The translations under genes were made by a program, and so were the position numbers. Shown piece by piece: positions 59,302 through 64,000 of a DNA stretch of 64,000 nt (position 1 is the stretch's first letter; every line of letters starts with the position of its first letter). The notes beneath the pieces are model-generated. The model did not search any database. It saw nothing but the letters and a program-made list of their open reading frames with translations, and was not told the DNA's origin. Origin of the DNA: Naegleria gruberi (Eukaryota); NCBI GenBank assembly GCA_000004985.1, contig GG738914.1; one strand, 5' to 3'.

Positions 59302-61008
59302 TTATTCCTTCTTTTGATGTTTACCTGTTGATGGAATAAGTGTTAAAAATACATAAATTGGAATGAAGAGGAGATGTCCAATCCAACGCATTGATGAGAA
59401 GAATTGAATGGAACTATCCCATGAAAGTAAGAGGAATGGTGGTAATAAATAACTGGTGAAAATATTGGTTCCAATGAAGGAGAGGGTTTTGTAAAAGATG
59501 GACATGAATTTGGAATTCTTTTCACTGAAAGTATTCTCCACATCATTCAAAAAGAGTGGACGCACTTTCTTGTGAGCCATTCTTCCAATGAAATGCAAAC
59601 AAATAGCATAGTTTGTCCACATGACATAGTAACCAGAGTAAAGACCGTGCCATGAAGCACTAACGAGGAAAGTAATGATGGTATTCTTAGTGCCAGCTCC
59701 AGATCCAACTCTTGAATAGACATAGTTACGGAGCCATTTGGAAACTGAAACATTCCATGTTGTGGTAATATCACGAAGATTTGAAGAAAGAAGATGATTC
59801 AAATATTCAATTGATTCACATCCAGCATAGCTGTACTGATCTGTCTTTCTATCCTTTTGATATCCCATACCACAGATAATCATGGCCGATTCAGACCAAC
59901 ACCAACCGACAATATATTTGAACTTGATTGCAACCATACATGCCCACGAGAAAGCAAGTTTGTACAATAGAGAACTTCCGAATAATTGTTGATCTCCCAC
60001 TCTATCATAAATAACATCCTCCAATTGTGGTCTATCAAAGATTGGCAATGCCTTCAAGGTCAATACCATATTCACCATAGCAATTAAAAGATTTGTGAAA
60101 ATTTTCTTCCAGTGAATTGGTGGATTTTGACGATTTGGTTTCAATTCCATCTTGTTTAAGAATGAAATATCCTCATCAAACTCTCCATAAATCATTCTCA
60201 AGTAATCACTAATTTCATAAATTGGACCTGTCAAAATTGAAGGGAAGAAGAACATGTAACTGAAATATTCCAATAGCCCTGGCATTCTCTCCATACGATT
60301 TACCTTGTGATAATAATTCATCTTTTCATCAGATTGAGCAATCATTCCATCGTAGATATTCCAAGCAACTGAGATAGTCTTGAGAGTGGCAAGCATTTGA
60401 AGTCCAGTAAAATCCAACTTCCAACCAAGATAATCAGTAATCATTCTATTATAATGACAAATTAACAAGTATCCAAATGAAAAGAAGAAGGCAAATAATG
60501 GAACAATCAATCCCAACCTCGATTTCTTCAAATATTCTCTCACTGAACTACTCATTCCAACTGTCAAAAACAACCACACATAAACAATCAAAGGAATGGC
60601 AACTGAATGCAAAGTAGCACTTCCAAATGTGTAGAAACAATAAAACAATCCAACAATCAATCCAAATAATATCCTAGCCATTCCAAAAGGTAAACTTCTC
60701 ATCAAGAATGCCATCGGAATATTCACAACAATCAAAAACATCATATATGTACAAGCACTCACATCCAAACCAACCAATGAAGCAGCCTTTTCCATCCATT
60801 GATCCACAGGCTTCACCAGCCTTTTCATTGTTTCAATCATCATCACCAAGCCTTCGTGCGAACCAAGTAAAACACCTGGCCATGATATCAACTTTCCAAC
60901 CATTCCATCCAACCATATATTCCCCACCAAATTGGTTCCAATACTTCCTTGTTGCATTAATTTTCCAATCAAATCAGAAACACCCACATCAATAGACGAT
61001 GATGACAT
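59302..61008 (-). CDS. membrane-bound O-acyltransferase (MBOAT) family, lysophospholipid-acyltransferase-like
   Basis: ATG at 61008. About 10 TM helices. Conserved MBOAT block WNVSVSKWLRNYVYSRV…TFLVSASWHGLYSGYYVMW, including the invariant His. Confidence 0.9.
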   Translation of the reverse strand: MSSSSIDVGVSDLIGKLMQQGSIGTNLVGNIWLDGMVGKLISWPGVLLGSHEGLVMMIETMKRLVKPVDQWMEKAASLVGLDVSACTYMMFLIVVNIPMAFLMRSLPFGMARILFGLIVGLFYCFYTFGSATLHSVAIPLIVYVWLFLTVGMSSSVREYLKKSRLGLIVPLFAFFFSFGYLLICHYNRMITDYLGWKLDFTGLQMLATLKTISVAWNIYDGMIAQSDEKMNYYHKVNRMERMPGLLEYFSYMFFFPSILTGPIYEISDYLRMIYGEFDEDISFLNKMELKPNRQNPPIHWKKIFTNLLIAMVNMVLTLKALPIFDRPQLEDVIYDRVGDQQLFGSSLLYKLAFSWACMVAIKFKYIVGWCWSESAMIICGMGYQKDRKTDQYSYAGCESIEYLNHLLSSNLRDITTTWNVSVSKWLRNYVYSRVGSGAGTKNTIITFLVSASWHGLYSGYYVMWTNYAICLHFIGRMAHKKVRPLFLNDVENTFSEKNSKFMSIFYKTLSFIGTNIFTSYLLPPFLLLSWDSSIQFFSSMRWIGHLLFIPIYVFLTLIPSTGKHQKKE

Positions 61009-61295
61009 TTTCCTTTTTCTCTCTCTTTTATAAACCTAACCAAGTTTCACTATTATCTTTTCGTAGCTGCTGTTTGTTTGTTTGCTGTTATCTTTGAAAA
61101 CTACAAAAAAACCTGTGGCGCGTAATTTTGTGTTTTTTTTTGTTATGTGTGAAGTTTACTTGAAGTGTGTTTGACAATGATGACGAGAATTTGTTGAAGG
61201 TTCATCACCTCAACTAGCTCCGAAGGGATTGGTTTGTGTAAAGTAGGTGTTTGAATGCTGCTGAACTTTCTTCCATGGTTTTATTGGAATGTATA

Positions 61296-61861
61296 TTACA
61301 ATTTGGATGGCAATTCAATGATTATTTTGGTTCCTTCATAAGGTGGAAGATCAATTTGTAATTTATCCAATAGAGATTGAGGCATGAATCGTCCACCAAT
61401 GAAATGTCTTCCCTTAAAATGAATGGCACACTTCTTTGGAGATGGCAATGAGACAATGACATCACATCTCAATCCAATCTGTAAATTTTCCTCAATATTT
61501 TCATTATCAACATCCCATCCACTTGGTAGATCAATTGAAAGAATTGGAGTGTTATTTCCTGGCTTTTTTAAAGTGTCAATAACTGTCTTGAAAGGTTCTC
61601 TAATTCCTTGTTTTCCTGAGAAGGAATATCCAAAGATTGCATCAACAATGAAATCGAATGAAGAATCTTCCAATAATGGTGAATTAGTTTCATAATGAAT
61701 TGGAATTGAAAAGTGGGTACATTGTAAAAGCAATCGCTTGTATAAATCCTTTTGTGCAGCCTCCTTCTTTGGATATAAAACAATTGGAGAATAACCAAAT
61801 TGTTTCAAATGTCTGGCACATACCAAACCATCACCTCCATTATTTCCAGGTCCACAAACAA
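61296..61861 (-). CDS. NAD(P)H-hydrate epimerase, exon 2 of 2
   Basis: A 116-nt intron (61862..61977, GTATGT…AAAATAG) gives …[36 protein letters not shown]…VDAIFGYSFSGK…ILSIDLPSGWDVD…, collinear with AIBP/YjeF_N. Confidence 0.85.
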
Positions 61862-61977
61862 CTATTTTCAAATATTATTATGAAAATATATTAAATATTA
61901 TTACAATTATTAATAAATATTAATAATTCCAGAATATTAATCATTATGAAATCAAAAGTATCGTGATGAAAACATAC

Positions 61978-62383
61978 TCAAACATTTTCCACCATTCTTC
62001 AATCCACTCAATGGAAAAGCCTCCACACAAGCATGACTCACCGATAATCCAGCAAGTTCCATCAATTGATCAGTGGAAAATCCATACGATTCTCCCATCA
62101 ATTCTACATCAATCTCGAGTGATTCCGAAGCAGATAAATACTTGTGCATTTTTTTAATATTTGTTGTTGTTCGTGGAACTTCCAATGTTGATCGTTTATC
62201 GGGTTGTTGCTGATGATCATCATATTTACAAAATATTAAATTGGTGTGATAATTTAAATTCTCACTACTTGTATTTCGATGCATGATTGAGAGTTTGGAA
62301 TACCTGGAAGGTTTACAATAATAATATTGTGTTGAAATTGGAGAGGATGAGAATTTAACAAGGTTGAGAAATTGCTTGTTCAT
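61978..62383 (-). CDS. NAD(P)H-hydrate epimerase (YjeF_N / AIBP-NAXE-like), exon 1 of 2
   Basis: ATG at 62383. …LSASESLEIDVELMGESYGFSTDQLMELAGLSVSHACVEAFPLSGLKNGGKCL matches the start of the YjeF_N fold. The exon ends TTGA|GTATGT (phase 1). Confidence 0.85.
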
Positions 62384-62466
62384 TATTTGATGAATAAATA
62401 TATGTTTGTTATTTTTTTTAATGTAGATATAAAGACCTTAATTGGGTTTCTCACGTTATTGTAAAG

Positions 62467-63906
62467 TTATTTGAAAATTTGAACTCGATGATTACAAAAA
62501 TCAGCAACGTATAATTCTCCTGAGAATTCGTTTAAACAGAGAGAGAAGGGTTTGAAGAATTGATCCATTCTCCTACCTGCGCTACCGAAAATTTGAACCA
62601 CATCACCTGTTGTGTTGTTCAAGGATACAATACGGTTATTGTCTTGATCACAAACAATAATGTTGTTTCTGACCTTATCAATGACAATACTTCTTGGATG
62701 ATTGAATGAAGAGGAATATCCACTAATAATTCCAAAAGTTTGAATAGAGGTCCAATTTCCACTATCATTCTTGACCAATGTTTGTAAACGATGTCCATCA
62801 ACTTCACAAACAATCACCTCTCCACGAGCATTCAAATCAATACTCCAAGGTCCCTTGAAAAAAATGGAATCAACCTCTGGGGTTTCTCCAATGCTTTCCA
62901 ATAAATTACCATTACTAGTTCTCAAAATTTGTACTCTATTATTGTTACAATCACAAACATAGAGAATTCTCTCAAAATTGTTCTCCTTATTTCCATTCGA
63001 GCAAACCATACCACTTGGTAAATTGAATTGGTTTGGACTCTTTCCCTTAGAGTTTGGTGTACCAGCTCTCCAAATAAAGTCGCACTTTTGGCCATTCTTT
63101 GAGCATGCTATAAGTTTTTCCAAATCATACTTGTAAATACAATGGTCGTTGCAACTAATAATGAGAGCATCATTCTTCTTTCCATCAAAATTTGGTTCAA
63201 TGCACAAATGTTTAGCTGGTAGATTAATGGTAGTTCTATATCTCCATCCTGTTGTAAAAACTTGTATTCTATTATTTCCCATATCCAATACGAGAATTGT
63301 TGAGCTATTGTAAGAGATGGCAATATCGCAAGGACAATAGAACATGTCATTTGTTTTTCCACTAGCTCTTGTTTTACCAATACTATTCTCAATTGAAAAT
63401 TCCAATGAAAATGGTTTCAATACAGTTCCTCTCATCTTTTCCTTGAGCGCGTTGTAGAATGGATTGATAATTGAGGCATCCAATGTGAGAGTTACAGCTT
63501 CCTCCTCTTCAGCAATAGATACAGGTTCTATTGGTCTAACGAGTCTAACAGTTACATTCTTGGCAATTTCCTTATTTTGTCTCAAGTAATTAATAAAGTC
63601 ACGACTGGAAATTGGATAAGAAGGAGGTGCAGAACGAGAGCTCTGACGAGTGGCCACAGTTGTCACATTTTGCATGATCGGTCTGGTATTGCTTCTCTTT
63701 CTCGAGGCACCACAACGTGAGCAGTGACCCTTCTGATCCATAGTAGAACTTGTACAGTGTTGTACATTTCCGTTTGTTTTGTTTCCAATACGTTCATGAT
63801 CATCTCCATTAACGACAATTGATGAATCAATAATTGTCAATGATGATGGTGATGGTGGCTCGTCTGCTGAGGCTGCTGATGGTGTCAATGTTGAGGCAGA
63901 AGTCAT
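62467..63906 (-). CDS. NHL-repeat protein with a Ser/Pro-rich N-terminal region. The track ORF continues to a TTG at 63978 through a hydrophobic segment, so an upstream exon or signal anchor is possible.
   Basis: First ATG at 63906. C-terminal six-blade-type NHL units (…FGSAGRRMDQFFKPFSLCLNEFSGELYVADFCNHRVQIFK, …ILYVCDCNNNRVQIL…, …VIVCEVDGHRLQTL…). Confidence 0.75.
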   Translation of the reverse strand: MTSASTLTPSAASADEPPSPSSLTIIDSSIVVNGDDHERIGNKTNGNVQHCTSSTMDQKGHCSRCGASRKRSNTRPIMQNVTTVATRQSSRSAPPSYPISSRDFINYLRQNKEIAKNVTVRLVRPIEPVSIAEEEEAVTLTLDASIINPFYNALKEKMRGTVLKPFSLEFSIENSIGKTRASGKTNDMFYCPCDIAISYNSSTILVLDMGNNRIQVFTTGWRYRTTINLPAKHLCIEPNFDGKKNDALIISCNDHCIYKYDLEKLIACSKNGQKCDFIWRAGTPNSKGKSPNQFNLPSGMVCSNGNKENNFERILYVCDCNNNRVQILRTSNGNLLESIGETPEVDSIFFKGPWSIDLNARGEVIVCEVDGHRLQTLVKNDSGNWTSIQTFGIISGYSSSFNHPRSIVIDKVRNNIIVCDQDNNRIVSLNNTTGDVVQIFGSAGRRMDQFFKPFSLCLNEFSGELYVADFCNHRVQIFK

Positions 63907-64000
63907 TATTTTGATGAGTAATAATAGCACTGGCGTTACTAGTAGAATAATAATAATTATTTGGTTTTTCCTTTTCAATGTACAAATTAATTAGCAATTC

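Noticed and set aside
1-64000. CRISPR arrays, prokaryotic operons, restriction-modification or toxin-antitoxin style defence loci
   Set aside because: The sequence is clearly eukaryotic: it has spliceosomal introns, tRNA introns, Pol III terminators and monocistronic genes on both strands. No direct-repeat/spacer arrays or Shine-Dalgarno-coupled gene strings are present.

Overview
This window is eukaryotic nuclear DNA, not prokaryotic. It is about one-third G+C, with very AT-rich intergenic spacers. Genes are compact (about one per 1.8 kb) and lie on both strands. Genes end at standard TAA/TAG/TGA stops. Many starts sit in an aaaaaaaATG context. Several genes contain very small spliceosomal introns (about 36-133 nt, GTAAGT/GTATGT ... 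AG) that I could place from frame continuity and paralogue or homologue comparison. The ORF track often begins ORFs at TTG/GTG, so I re-called starts at the first in-frame ATG.

Recognisable genes:
- a PH-like / LRR / ankyrin protein
- a class II histone deacetylase
- a two-exon secreted protein with a bacterial-type peptidoglycan-binding plus L,D-transpeptidase (YkuD-like) architecture
- a tRNA-Phe and two intron-containing tRNA-Leu-like genes
- a ~4,490-aa three-exon membrane protein with laminin-G-like, EGF-like and Cys-rich modules and a C-terminal multi-pass domain
- two tandem paralogous seven-transmembrane genes that share an intron position
- an isoprenylcysteine-carboxyl-methyltransferase-like (ICMT-like) gene
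- a C2-domain protein
- an NHL-repeat plus BTB protein interrupted by an in-frame TAA
- two DUF4116-type repeat proteins
- a run of three Ser/His-rich genes that begin MG...S
- an RCC1-like protein
- a histone-fold protein like the negative-cofactor-2 beta subunit (NC2-beta, also called Dr1) or the NF-YB transcription factor subunit, with an intron
- an NmrA-like NAD(P)-binding protein
- an MBOAT acyltransferase
- a two-exon NAD(P)H-hydrate epimerase (YjeF_N/AIBP-like)
- a second NHL-repeat protein

The gene content (DUF4116 and NHL expansions, a giant surface protein, 7TM families) fits a free-living amoeboid protist, possibly a heterolobosean. That is a guess, not a determination.

There is no CRISPR array, operon or obvious transposon. 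The items most worth a second look are the horizontally-acquired-looking L,D-transpeptidase, the giant receptor-like gene, the tandem 7TM pair, the in-frame stop and frame breaks, and the tiny introns. Splice-site coordinates were read by eye and may be off by 1-2 nt.
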